Of a DNA stretch of 42,059 bases, positions 15,784-25,369 are shown one piece after another (the stretch's first letter is position 1; every line of letters starts with the position of its first letter). A program made the translations under genes and the position numbers. The DNA lies in the IMG/VR virus record IMGVR_UViG_3300012816_000037, positions 1 to 42,059 of that record, one strand, 5' to 3'. The stretch is from a virus. Its lineage: Duplodnaviria > Caudoviricetes. The notes beneath the pieces are model-generated. The model searched no databases and was not told the DNA's origin. It saw nothing but the letters and a program-made list of their open reading frames with translations.

Positions 15784-17838
15784 ATGCTCATTTCGGACAT
15801 CGAAACGGACGGCCTTTTGGACACCGTTTCCAAGTTCCACTGCGGGGTCACTATCGACCCTGCCACCGGGGAGACCATCCGTTATCGTCCGGAGGATTTC
15901 CTTAGCTACCTGAAGGCCTTGGAGGCCGAGGCGGCAAAACCTGATGGTCTTCTGGTCTTCCACAACGGGATCAAGTACGACCACCCGGCGCTCGATCTCC
16001 TCAAGCGAAAGCTGACAGGTAAGCGCCTCAACATCCCCCGCCAGAGGGTCTTCGACACCCTCGTAGCTTCCCGCCTGGTCTACGCCAACATCAAGGATCG
16101 AGATGGCGCCCTGATGCGGGCTGGCAAGCTTCCAGGAAAGCTCCACGGCTCTCATGCACTGAAGGCATGGGGTTACCGCCTGGGGATCCTCAAGGGCACC
16201 TACGGCGAAGGTGAGAACGTCTGGGCCTACTTCAACGAGGAGATGCTGGAGTACTGCGTACAGGACGTACAGGTAACCCTGCGACTCTTCGAGAAGCTCG
16301 TCTCTGACGCTCATTACTTCCCGTTTGCGCCCAATGGCGAGCCATGGATGGCCGCCGTTCGCCTGGAACATCAAGCCGCATGGACGCTGGCTCAGATGGA
16401 ACGGAATGGATTCCCGTTCGACCAGGTAGCCGCTGAGAAGCTTTACATGGAGCTGGCAGGACGCCGCTCCGATCTCCTCATGCAGCTCATCGAGACCTTC
16501 GGGTCTTGGTATCAACCTCACGGAGGCACGGAAGCCTTCAAGCACCCGAAGACAGGGAAGCCGCTCCCCAAGTACCCGAAGGTCAAGTACCCGAAGGTTG
16601 GCGGAGTCTGGTGCGGTGAGGGCAAGAAACGCCGGCTGGATAAGCGGGAGACCATGGAAGGTGCTCCCTATAGCCCGGTGAAGCACATCACGTTCAACCC
16701 AGCGAGCCGCGACCACATCATTCGGGTCCTGGAGATCGCTGGGTGGGAACCGCAGGAATGGACTCCTGCAGGTGCCCCAAAGGTGGACGATGAGGTGCTT
16801 GAGCACGTCAAGGTATCCGACCAGAAGGCCCAGGCGGCCATCGACTTGGTTCGTGACTACCTGATGATCCAGAAGCGGATCGGGCAGCTTGCCGAAGGTG
16901 ACAACGCATGGATGCGGAAGGTCGGCTCGGACGGCTGCATGCACGGCTCAGTGAACCCGAATGGTGCGGTAACAGGACGTGCCACCCATTCCTTCCCGAA
17001 CATGGCCCAGGTGCCTTCGGGCACAGCCCCATACGGCCCTGAGTGCCGCTCTCTGTTCGGAGCTGGTCTCCGTGGGTGGATACAGGTGGGTGTCGATGCA
17101 AGCGGCTTGGAGCTGCGCTGCCTCGGTCACTTCGGGTCTCCATTCGACGGAGGCGTCTACGCGGACACCGTGCTTAACGGTGATATCCACTGGGTGAACG
17201 GAATCGCCGCAGGGATTTGTCCAGACGAGACGCGAGACAAACACAGCGAATACCACGAGGCTCGTCGGGCCATCGCTAAGACTTTCATTTATGCGTTCCT
17301 GTATGGAGCGGGTGACGCGAAAGTTGGTGGATTCGTTGGTGGCGGGAAGGCTGAGGGCAAGACGCTCAAGAAGTCCTTCCTGGAGAACACCCCAGCTATC
17401 TCCGCACTCCGTGGCGCCCTGGAAGAGCAACTTATTGCCTCCCAGACGTACAACGGCGTGTTGAAGAAGTGGGATGTCAAATGGAAGCGCCGTTGGATCA
17501 AAGGCCTGGATGGCCGAAAGGTTCACGTCCGCTCTCCCCATAGTGCCCTGAACACTCTCCTGCAATCGGCCGGCGCCCTCATCTGCAAGGCGTGGGTCGT
17601 AGAGATCGAAAGGATTCTTGTCGAGGACCATGGATTGGTCCACGGGTGGGATGGGGACTTCGTTTATATGGCTTGGGTTCACGACGAAGTACAGATCGGC
17701 GCCAAGGATGATGCCACTGCGAAGATAGTCGCTGAAGCCGCACAACAAGCCATGCGCAATGTTCAACTTCAATTTAACTTCCGGTGCCAACTTGATACTG
17801 AGGCCAAGTTCGGTAAGACCTGGAAGGACTGCCACTAA
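15784..17838 (+). CDS. gp5: Family A DNA polymerase with 3'-5' exonuclease
   Basis: SDIETDG, DASGLELR, AKTFIYAFLYG, WVHDE, WKDCH. Confidence 0.99.
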   Translation: MLISDIETDGLLDTVSKFHCGVTIDPATGETIRYRPEDFLSYLKALEAEAAKPDGLLVFHNGIKYDHPALDLLKRKLTGKRLNIPRQRVFDTLVASRLVYANIKDRDGALMRAGKLPGKLHGSHALKAWGYRLGILKGTYGEGENVWAYFNEEMLEYCVQDVQVTLRLFEKLVSDAHYFPFAPNGEPWMAAVRLEHQAAWTLAQMERNGFPFDQVAAEKLYMELAGRRSDLLMQLIETFGSWYQPHGGTEAFKHPKTGKPLPKYPKVKYPKVGGVWCGEGKKRRLDKRETMEGAPYSPVKHITFNPASRDHIIRVLEIAGWEPQEWTPAGAPKVDDEVLEHVKVSDQKAQAAIDLVRDYLMIQKRIGQLAEGDNAWMRKVGSDGCMHGSVNPNGAVTGRATHSFPNMAQVPSGTAPYGPECRSLFGAGLRGWIQVGVDASGLELRCLGHFGSPFDGGVYADTVLNGDIHWVNGIAAGICPDETRDKHSEYHEARRAIAKTFIYAFLYGAGDAKVGGFVGGGKAEGKTLKKSFLENTPAISALRGALEEQLIASQTYNGVLKKWDVKWKRRWIKGLDGRKVHVRSPHSALNTLLQSAGALICKAWVVEIERILVEDHGLVHGWDGDFVYMAWVHDEVQIGAKDDATAKIVAEAAQQAMRNVQLQFNFRCQLDTEAKFGKTWKDCH

Positions 17839-17849
17839 TAGGAGGCCAT

Positions 17850-18233
17850 ATGTCCCGTAGTTTCAAGTGCCGTATCACCTTGGATTTCACTGCAGTGTTC
17901 GGCAAGGAAGTCCTGGCGGAAATCGTCGCGATGCCGGAAGAGATTCGTAAGGTTCTGGAAGCAGAGCCCGGCATGAGCCCGCAGCGCCGTGCCTTGGGTG
18001 AGGCAATGTTGAAAGCCCACAATGAGGGTGGTCTTGAAGGTCTCTGCAAGTTCTTCCTGAGGGACTCCGCTAAGCAAATTCGTGACCTGCTCATGAAGGA
18101 AACCGATCACAACTCGGGCGCTGCCTTCCGTAAGTGGGCGCCGCCGCTAATGGAGATCACCGCGAAGGCTCCGAAAGTTCACCAGTCCGAACCTACCGCG
18201 TTCCTGGACAAGCGATTCAACGCGGTGAACTGA
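17850..18233 (+). CDS. gp5.5: gp5.5-like protein (anti-H-NS in T7)
   Basis: FK..ITLDFTA and GLEGL..F.LR similarity; synteny. Confidence 0.65.
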   Translation: MSRSFKCRITLDFTAVFGKEVLAEIVAMPEEIRKVLEAEPGMSPQRRALGEAMLKAHNEGGLEGLCKFFLRDSAKQIRDLLMKETDHNSGAAFRKWAPPLMEITAKAPKVHQSEPTAFLDKRFNAVN

Positions 18234-18442
18234 TGGATGACTACCTCAAGTTCCTCTACCTCATCAAGATGGAGCCCAAAACCTACAAGTCCAACTTCGC
18301 CCGTGAGTTCGCCCAACTGGCCGCAGAAGCCTCCAGCCGAGGGCATATTACTGCTCTTAACGGTGCTGGGATTATCAGCGGCTATTGGACACTCACTGCG
18401 AGCGGTACTCGCTTACTGAAACAACATGGGAGGATTCAATGA
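18233..18442 (+). CDS. gp5.7: gp5.7-like host transcription inhibitor
   Basis: DYLK..PKTYKSNF..AEASSRGHI..WTLTASGTRLLK. Confidence 0.85.
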   Translation: MDDYLKFLYLIKMEPKTYKSNFAREFAQLAAEASSRGHITALNGAGIISGYWTLTASGTRLLKQHGRIQ

Positions 18443-18720
18443 ATCTCTGCAAGGACTGCAAGCATTACATGCCGGACACGGAAGTCCAGGGCGTTAAGTC
18501 GGCCGCTTGTGCCATTACCGCCCAGTGCCCAGTAAGTGGCTCTCCGCAAGAACCTGATAGTTGCTGGCAGTTACGCCATCGTGGCGCCTGCGGTCTGAGC
18601 GGCGCCCTCTTCGAGCCCGCTAAGAAGACCAAAGCAGTTCCGAAGGCCGCCCCTAAGGAAGTGGTCAAAGAGTCTCCTCAGGAACCGGAAGAGGAGCCTG
18701 CGAATGTCGAAGGCGAATAA
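18439..18720 (+). CDS. Cys-rich hypothetical protein
   Basis: CKDCKH...C...C...C; GGGAGG RBS; 93 aa. Confidence 0.7.
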   Translation: MNLCKDCKHYMPDTEVQGVKSAACAITAQCPVSGSPQEPDSCWQLRHRGACGLSGALFEPAKKTKAVPKAAPKEVVKESPQEPEEEPANVEGE

Positions 18721-19645
18721 GCGGATTGCGCTCCTTCTGGACGGTGACTATCTGATCTTCGAGGCCCTCTCTGCGGCCGAGGAGGAGGTGGACTGGGGTG
18801 AAGATGTCTGGACCCTCCAGTGCGACCACAAGCGCGCCCTGAGCATTCTCCAGGGCAACCTCAAGCACTTCCGTGAGCGCCTGAAGGAGTTCCACAACGC
18901 CGAGCTGGTGATGGTCTTCTCGACCCCGAATGGCGCCGATAACTGGCGGAAGGTCGTCCTACCGTCCTATAAGGCCAACCGGAAAGGTAAACGGAAACCA
19001 GTGGGCTACCCGGAGTTCCTGAAGGGCCAAATGGCCGACACCGAGACCTACTACCGGACCTTCCAATGGTTCGGCCTGGAGGGCGATGATGTCCTTGGGA
19101 TCCTGGCGACCAATCCGGAATTCCTGGATGTCGATGAGGCCATCCCGGTCTCGTGTGACAAAGACTTCAACACCATTCCCGGCCGGTTCTATTGGCTCAC
19201 CCAGAACAAGGTGGTCACCAATACCGAAGCGGACGCCGACCGTTGGCATATGTACCAGACCATGAAAGGTGATGCCACGGATGGTTATGGCGGCATTCCA
19301 GGTGTGGGCGAGATGGTCGGTACAACTCCACTTCTGGAGTGGCTGGACAATCCCACTTTCTTCTTTGAAGTTAGCCGCGTGATGAAGTCTGGTCCTCGCA
19401 AAGGTGAGGAAGTATGGTCCTGGAGTTCGATGCCGGCTGAAGAGGCTGAATGCTCCTTCGAGACCGGAATCACTCTGTGGGATTGCATTGCGTCCCTGGC
19501 ACGTAAACAAGGCATGGCCTACGAGGACCTGGTAGCTCAGGCCCAAGTTGCTCGTATCTGCCGATCTTCTGATTTCAACTGGGAAACCATGAAGCCGATT
19601 CCGTGGCAACCAGTCCGGGAGCCGTTCGACCCAGGCCGAGGCTAA
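18704..19645 (+). CDS. gp6: 5'-3' exonuclease
   Basis: LDGDYL, YKANRK, LEGDDVLGI, DKDFNTIP, GDATDGYGGIPG. Confidence 0.97.
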   Translation: MSKANKRIALLLDGDYLIFEALSAAEEEVDWGEDVWTLQCDHKRALSILQGNLKHFRERLKEFHNAELVMVFSTPNGADNWRKVVLPSYKANRKGKRKPVGYPEFLKGQMADTETYYRTFQWFGLEGDDVLGILATNPEFLDVDEAIPVSCDKDFNTIPGRFYWLTQNKVVTNTEADADRWHMYQTMKGDATDGYGGIPGVGEMVGTTPLLEWLDNPTFFFEVSRVMKSGPRKGEEVWSWSSMPAEEAECSFETGITLWDCIASLARKQGMAYEDLVAQAQVARICRSSDFNWETMKPIPWQPVREPFDPGRG

Positions 19646-19661
19646 TCACTGTGGCACCTCT

Positions 19662-19684
19662 TAGAACTCCTCACTATTAGCGGG
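19662..19684 (+). promoter_or_regulatory. Phage RNAP promoter (phi6.5-like)
   Basis: TAGAACTCCTCACTATTAGCGGG. Confidence 0.75.
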
Positions 19685-19725
19685 GATCCAGGGGTGCCAT
19701 GGGATGACACTTCACAGGAGGCTAT

Positions 19726-19983
19726 ATGCTTGCCGTTATCAAGTATCAATTGGAAAACCCTGAGGATATTCCCTCAATCCCTCATGCTGCAGCCGAATTC
19801 CTTAAAGCCCGGACTAACTTCGCATACCTCACTCGGGTAGGAGCCCTGGACGATTTAAGGCGCGCTGGATGGACCGAAGCGGCCATCTTAGGATTTGCTG
19901 AAGGTGCCCAACTGGTAACCGAGCTCATCGAGCAAATGGATGCAGCACAAATGCAACACCTGGAGGATCAACAAGTGACCTAA
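19726..19983 (+). CDS. gp6.5: gp6.5-like protein
   Basis: NPEDIPSIP, LRRAGWTEAAILGF; synteny. Confidence 0.85.
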   Translation: MLAVIKYQLENPEDIPSIPHAAAEFLKARTNFAYLTRVGALDDLRRAGWTEAAILGFAEGAQLVTELIEQMDAAQMQHLEDQQVT

Positions 19984-19993
19984 GGAGGCGCAA

Positions 19994-20260
19994 GTGTGCT
20001 TTTCAAGCAAAGTGAAGACGCCGAAGGTTAGTTCCGCTATTCCTGCCCCTGAGCCCATTCTTTTAGATAACCCGAAGGGTGTCGAGTATGGGTCCGGTGA
20101 CGGGACTGAGACCAGCACGGATAACGTTGCCAAGGTCGATAAGGACGACACTTCGGCGTCTGTAGGTTCGGCCCTGGATAAACCCAAGGTCACAGCCAAG
20201 CCATCTACCGGCTATTCCACTTCGGCAATCAAGAAGAGCCTCGCAAAGAGGACTTCGTGA
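19994..20260 (+). CDS. gp6.7: gp6.7-like virion protein
   Basis: MCFSSKVKTPK..PAPEP. Confidence 0.85.
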   Translation: MCFSSKVKTPKVSSAIPAPEPILLDNPKGVEYGSGDGTETSTDNVAKVDKDDTSASVGSALDKPKVTAKPSTGYSTSAIKKSLAKRTS

Positions 20261-20715
20261 TGCCTGGGGTGACGTACTCGGTTCATCCCATGGAGGAAGG
20301 AGTGAGTACGCTGGTGAATGGCTTGGTCGTTAATGCAATTGACCACATTCCTGAACTCACCTGGCAATCCAGCCCGGAAGAGGCATTCCGTCGAATCACT
20401 TGGGACATCAAGGCGAATGAACGCTTTGAGATCCTGGCGAAGTCGGAAGAGGGGAGAGTGGTCGGCGCGGTAATTATGACGGCTGATGACGACTGCCATG
20501 TAGGCGAGCTCATTACTGTCCAGTGGTTCTACGTGAATCCTGACTATCGCGGACAAGTCGGTAGGAAACTTGTGAGGCTCTCTCGGGCCATCGCTAAGTC
20601 CACTGACTTCAGGGTCATGGCGTTTACCCATCGGATATCCGAAGGGCGCTATGAGATCAATTACCGCAAACTGGAGGTGTCCAAGGATGGGCAAGAAAGT
20701 AGCGAAGGCCGTTAA
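20257..20715 (+). CDS. GNAT-family acetyltransferase
   Basis: QWFYVNPDYRGQ.VGRKL acetyl-CoA motif A. Confidence 0.75.
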   Translation: MMPGVTYSVHPMEEGVSTLVNGLVVNAIDHIPELTWQSSPEEAFRRITWDIKANERFEILAKSEEGRVVGAVIMTADDDCHVGELITVQWFYVNPDYRGQVGRKLVRLSRAIAKSTDFRVMAFTHRISEGRYEINYRKLEVSKDGQESSEGR

Positions 20716-20941
20716 GAAGGTAGTGGGCGCCACTATCGGCGGGGGCCTACTGGGCGGGGGCGGTGATGACGCTGCCAAGCCTGTAGCCGACCCAACTCCT
20801 GCAGCGGCCGTGGAGGCTCCCAAGGAGACCGCCAACGACGAAGGAAACACCGACACCGAAGCAGCACGTAAGGCCGCCAGAGCGCGGGGCAAGCGTGGTC
20901 TCTCGGTTTCCCGATCTTCCGGGACTGGTCTGAACATCTGA
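20687..20941 (+). CDS. gp7.3: Tail assembly/virion protein gp7.3
   Basis: MGKKVAKAVKK...GKRGLSVSRSSGTGLNI. Confidence 0.9.
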   Translation: MGKKVAKAVKKVVGATIGGGLLGGGGDDAAKPVADPTPAAAVEAPKETANDEGNTDTEAARKAARARGKRGLSVSRSSGTGLNI

Positions 20942-20951
20942 GGAGGCACTA

Positions 20952-22562
20952 ATGGCTGAAGCCCGTACAGGCTTCGGGTCCAATGGTGCCAAGGCGACCT
21001 ATGACAAGCTGGTTAACGACAGAGCCCCCTACGAAACCAGGGCCGAGAACTGCGCGAAGCTGACGATCCCCTCACTGTTCCCGAAGTCTTCCGATAACGC
21101 CTCCACCGACTACACCACACCCTGGCAATCGGTCGGTGCCCGAGGTCTGAACAACATCGCCGCCAAGCTCATGCTGGCACTCTTCCCGCTGGCCCCATGG
21201 ATGCGCTTAACCATAAGCGAGTTCCAGGCCAAGGAAATCATCACCGACAGCGCCCAGCTCGCTCAGATCGACCAGAGCCTTTCCATGGTCGAGCGGATCC
21301 TGATGGCCTTCATGGAATCCAACAGCTACCGGCCGACTCTCTTCGAGCTCATCAAGCAGCTCCTGGTGGCCGGGAATGGGATGCTCTACTTGGCCCCACC
21401 AGAGGCCGACAAGTTCAACCCACCGAAGCTATACAAGCTCTCCAACTACGTGGTCCAGCGGGATCCCTTCGGGAATATCCTACAGCTCATCACCGTGGAC
21501 AAGGTTGCCTATGCGGCCCTCCCGGAGGACGTGAGGAACTCGATAGAAGGCGAGAAGGATCCCGACGAGCTCGTCCAGGTCTACACCCACGTCTACCTGG
21601 ATGACGAATCCGGCGACCAATACCTGAGCTATCAGGAGGTCGAGGGTGAGGAGGTGGACGGCTCTGATGGACAGTACCCTCTGACGGCCTGCCCGTGGAT
21701 TCCTGTGCGCTACGTCAAGATGGACGGCGAGAACTACGGCCGATCCCACTGTGAGGAGTACCTGGGGGACCTTCAGTCCCTGGAGAACCTCACGGAATCC
21801 ATCGTCAAGTTCGCCATGGTGTCCTCGAAGATTGTCGGCCTGGTGAACCCCAACGGCATCACCCAGGTGCGCCGCCTGGTCAAGTCCCAGACCGGCGACT
21901 TCGTGCCAGGCCGTAAGCAGGACATCGAGTTCCTGCAGCTCGACAAGACCGCAGACTTCACCGTTGCCCGGACTGTGGCCGAAGGGATCGAAGCGCGCCT
22001 CTCCTATGCCTTCATGCTCAACTCGGCGGTTCAACGCCAGGGCGAACGGGTGACGGCCGAGGAGATTCGCTTTGTGGCCAAGGAGCTGGAGGACACCCTC
22101 GGCGGTGTCTACTCGATCCTCTCCCAGGAGCTTCAGCTCCCAATCGTCCGCAACCTGATGGTCCAGTTGCAAGCCACCCAGCTCATCCCGGATATGCCTC
22201 AGGAGGCCATCGAGCCAACTGTGAGCACCGGCATGGAAGCCTTGGGGCGCGGCCAGGACCTGGACAAGTTGACCCAGTTCGTCTCCCTCATCGCGCCATT
22301 GAGCCAGGTGCAGGACCCGGACCTCAACGTGGCCAATCTGAAGATCCGTATTGCAAACGCATTGGGCATGGACACTGCCGGCCTACTCCTCACCGAGCAG
22401 GACAAGGCGAAGGCCATGGCAGCCACTGCGATGCAGGAGGGCGTCTCTGCAGGTGCTCAAGGCATCGGCGCAGGCGCAGCCGCTCAGGCAACCGCAAGCC
22501 CGGACGCTATGGCAGGCGCTATGGATTCCATGGGGCTCCAGGCGGCTCCGCTGGGAGCTTAA
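20952..22562 (+). CDS. gp8: Head-tail connector (portal)
   Basis: TPWQSVGARGLNN, ERVTAEEIR, LGGVYSILSQELQLP. Confidence 0.98.
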   Translation: MAEARTGFGSNGAKATYDKLVNDRAPYETRAENCAKLTIPSLFPKSSDNASTDYTTPWQSVGARGLNNIAAKLMLALFPLAPWMRLTISEFQAKEIITDSAQLAQIDQSLSMVERILMAFMESNSYRPTLFELIKQLLVAGNGMLYLAPPEADKFNPPKLYKLSNYVVQRDPFGNILQLITVDKVAYAALPEDVRNSIEGEKDPDELVQVYTHVYLDDESGDQYLSYQEVEGEEVDGSDGQYPLTACPWIPVRYVKMDGENYGRSHCEEYLGDLQSLENLTESIVKFAMVSSKIVGLVNPNGITQVRRLVKSQTGDFVPGRKQDIEFLQLDKTADFTVARTVAEGIEARLSYAFMLNSAVQRQGERVTAEEIRFVAKELEDTLGGVYSILSQELQLPIVRNLMVQLQATQLIPDMPQEAIEPTVSTGMEALGRGQDLDKLTQFVSLIAPLSQVQDPDLNVANLKIRIANALGMDTAGLLLTEQDKAKAMAATAMQEGVSAGAQGIGAGAAAQATASPDAMAGAMDSMGLQAAPLGA

Positions 22563-22581
22563 AACCCTCACTAATAGGGAC
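22559..22581 (+). promoter_or_regulatory. Phage RNAP promoter (phi9-like)
   Basis: TTAAAACCCTCACTAATAGGGAC. Confidence 0.9.
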
Positions 22582-22622
22582 ACACCTCCGTGTCCCATCC
22601 CTATGATTCTTAAGGAGTATCT

Positions 22623-23555
22623 ATGCGAATTGGCATTCTGTCCCTCTCGATGGCCACCCTGGCCGGCGCCCTCTACCGCTCCGCTGATGTCTACGCGAGT
22701 TTCGGTGTCAACAACGCCATCATCTCCTCCAGCGACCCGGCCGAGCACGAGCAGAACATGCTGAAGCTGGATGTCTCCGTCCGAGATGGGGACGACGAAA
22801 TCACTCTGGACCAGGTGACTGGCGAAGAGGCACCCAAGGACAAGCCGGAAGGCGAAGAGGGGGGTGAGCAAGACGCCGACAAGGAAGCCGGCGAAGAGGA
22901 CCAGGACGGTCCAAAAGACGACCAGGAGTTGGAACTACTGGACGAGCCCTCCGATGAGCTCAAGCAGTCCATCCAAGGCCTGGACGAGTATGCGGAGGGC
23001 TTCGACACCCTGCGTCAACAGGCGATCAAGAACGGTCTCACGGAAGAGGCCGCCGCGAACGCTGAAGTGGAATATGAGCGTGACGGCAAGCTGTCCGATG
23101 CGACCTATGAGGCCCTGGCGAAAGCTGGTTACTCGAAGTCGTTCGTGGACTCGTTCATCCGGGGACAGGAAGCCCTGGCTGACAAGTACGCCGCTGCAAT
23201 CGTTTCCTATGCCGGTGGTCAAGACAAGTTCAACGCCATCGTGAGTCACATGCGAGCGAACTCCCCCGAGTCGCTGGCTGCCCTCGAAGCGGCCATGGAG
23301 CGCAAGGACCTGGTGACTGTCCGCTCGATCATCAACCTGGGTGTCCAGAGTCGAGCCAAGAAGCTCGGTAAGGCCCCAGAGCGCAACGTCATGGCGAAAG
23401 CCCCGGCGTCTCCCCAAGGCACCCAGAAGGCTCCCAAGGTGGAACCTTTCGGCTCCCGCAAGGAGATGATCGACGCAATGAACTCCAAGGAGTACCGCCT
23501 GGATGAAGCCTTCCGCCGCCAGGTGGAGGCCCGTCTACTGGCTTCTCCGTTCTAA
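22623..23555 (+). CDS. gp9: Capsid scaffolding protein
   Basis: ADVYASFGVN, AGYSKSFVDSFIRGQEAL. Confidence 0.95.
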   Translation: MRIGILSLSMATLAGALYRSADVYASFGVNNAIISSSDPAEHEQNMLKLDVSVRDGDDEITLDQVTGEEAPKDKPEGEEGGEQDADKEAGEEDQDGPKDDQELELLDEPSDELKQSIQGLDEYAEGFDTLRQQAIKNGLTEEAAANAEVEYERDGKLSDATYEALAKAGYSKSFVDSFIRGQEALADKYAAAIVSYAGGQDKFNAIVSHMRANSPESLAALEAAMERKDLVTVRSIINLGVQSRAKKLGKAPERNVMAKAPASPQGTQKAPKVEPFGSRKEMIDAMNSKEYRLDEAFRRQVEARLLASPF

Positions 23556-23568
23556 CCAGAAGGACCAG

Positions 23569-23591
23569 CAAAACCCCTCACTAATAGGAAC
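23569..23591 (+). promoter_or_regulatory. Phage RNAP promoter (phi10-like)
   Basis: CAAAACCCCTCACTAATAGGAAC. Confidence 0.9.
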
Positions 23592-23683
23592 ACACGACGA
23601 GCCTTTGGGTACATCCCAAGGGTTTGCCGTGCCCGTAAGGAACACCCGGGAAGGATCCTGGGATTGCATAAGGAGATCACAAC

Positions 23684-24691
23684 ATGGCAGGTCAACAAAT
23701 TGGTTTGGATCAAGGTAAAGGCTCGGTAAGCACTGACAAACTGGGTGGCTTCCTGAAGATTTTCGGCGGTGAAGTCCTGGCGGCTTTCGCTCGTCGCGCT
23801 GTAGTCGTCACCCGTCACATGGTCCGCACCATCCAAAACGGTAAGTCCGCGAGCTTCCCAGTCATGGGTCGCACCAAAGGCGTCTACTTGAAAGCCGGCG
23901 AGAGCCTGGACGACAAACGCGGCGAGATCAAGCACACCGAGAAGATCATCCCGATTGACGGTCTGCTGGCCTCGGACGTGCTGATCTACGACATCGAGGA
24001 TGCGATGAACCACTATGACGTGCGTTCGGAGTACTCGACCCAGATCGGTGAAGCTCTGGCGGTTGCTGCAGACGGCGCTGTGCTGGCTGAGATTGCCGTC
24101 CTGAACAACCTCCCGGTTGCGAAGAACGAGAACATTACCGGCCTGGGCGCTCCGTCGATCAAGAAGATCGGCTCGGCTGCCTCGCTGACTGACCAGGCGG
24201 CTCTGGGTACTGCGATCATCAAGGCTCTGACCACCGCTCGTGCGGACTTCACCACCAAGTACGTGCCTACCGGCGACCGCACCTTCTACACCAAGCCGGA
24301 GTACTACTCGGCTGTCCTGGCGGCTCTGATGCCGAACGCTGCGAACTACCAAGCTCTCATCAACCCGGAAACCGGTGCGATTCGCAACGTGATGGGCTGG
24401 GAGATCCTGGAGGTCCCACACCTGACCGCTGGTGGTGCCGGTGACGATATGGACGGCGCCAACCAGAAGCATGGCTTCCCTGCGACCTCCTCGGCCACCG
24501 TTCCGGTTGCTCTGGATAACGTAGTGGGTCTGCTGTCCCACCGTACCGCTGTAGGCACCGTGAAGCTCCGCGACATGGCCCTGGAGCGTGACCGCCGTGC
24601 TTCCCTGCAGGCTGACCAGATCATCGGCAAGTACGCCATGGGTCACGGTGGCCTGCGTCCGGAAGCCGTAGGCGCTCTGGTCTTCGGCTAA
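23684..24691 (+). CDS. gp10: Major capsid protein
   Basis: FLKIFGGEVL, GKSASFPVMGRT, YAMGHGGLRPEA. Confidence 0.98.
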   Translation: MAGQQIGLDQGKGSVSTDKLGGFLKIFGGEVLAAFARRAVVVTRHMVRTIQNGKSASFPVMGRTKGVYLKAGESLDDKRGEIKHTEKIIPIDGLLASDVLIYDIEDAMNHYDVRSEYSTQIGEALAVAADGAVLAEIAVLNNLPVAKNENITGLGAPSIKKIGSAASLTDQAALGTAIIKALTTARADFTTKYVPTGDRTFYTKPEYYSAVLAALMPNAANYQALINPETGAIRNVMGWEILEVPHLTAGGAGDDMDGANQKHGFPATSSATVPVALDNVVGLLSHRTAVGTVKLRDMALERDRRASLQADQIIGKYAMGHGGLRPEAVGALVFG

Positions 24692-24704
24692 GCAACACCT
24701 ATCG

Positions 24705-24743
24705 AACCCCTCGGGTCCCTAACTGGGGCTTGAGGGGTTTTTT
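24705..24743 (+). terminator. Tphi-like phage RNAP terminator
   Basis: AACCCCTCGGG..CTTGAGGGGTTTTTT, close to T7 Tphi. Confidence 0.92.
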
Positions 24744-24766
24744 CGTTTTGACTCAAGGAGGAGCCA

Positions 24767-25360
24767 ATGAACGAATTTACCGAGGACAACCTCAACAGCT
24801 CCGATGAGCTCGATGCTGTGAATGACATCCTGGCAGCTATCGGTGAATCCCCAGTGAACACCCTGGAGGATGGCACCAACGCGGACGTTGCGAACGCTCG
24901 CCGGATCCTCACCAAGGTCAACCGAGAGGTACAGGCCAAGGGGTGGACCTTCAACCGAGAGGAGAGCGTAGAGCTTCTTCCTGACACCTTCTCGCAGCTC
25001 ATTCCCTACGCCCGTGACTACCTGGCTATCTGGGTGTCCGGTTCTGAGACGACCTACGGTAACCGTGGGGGCTACCTGTACGACCGCGCTACCAAGACCG
25101 ACCAGTTCACGGATCCGGTGACTGTAGACCTGGTTCGCCTGCGGTCCTTCTCGGATATGCCCGTCCCGTTCCGCTCTTACATCGTCGCTAAGGCTGCCCG
25201 TCGCTTCAACATCCGGTTCTTTGGGGCCGCTGAGATCGAAGCGACCCTCCAGGAAGAGGAGTCTGAGGCCTGGGCGGCTGTCCAGGAATACGAGCTGGAC
25301 TATGGCGCCTTCAACATGCTGGACGGGGACTCGTGGACCTCCGGCCGTACGAGCCGATAG
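24767..25360 (+). CDS. gp11: Tail tubular protein A
   Basis: ELDAVNDILAAIGESPV, GWTFN. Confidence 0.96.
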   Translation: MNEFTEDNLNSSDELDAVNDILAAIGESPVNTLEDGTNADVANARRILTKVNREVQAKGWTFNREESVELLPDTFSQLIPYARDYLAIWVSGSETTYGNRGGYLYDRATKTDQFTDPVTVDLVRLRSFSDMPVPFRSYIVAKAARRFNIRFFGAAEIEATLQEEESEAWAAVQEYELDYGAFNMLDGDSWTSGRTSR

Positions 25361-25369
25361 GAGGGCGAT

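Noticed and set aside
24670-24745. gp10B-type -1 frameshift extension
   Set aside because: The sequence is GGTCTTC rather than the slippery GGTTTTC, and Tphi follows almost immediately.
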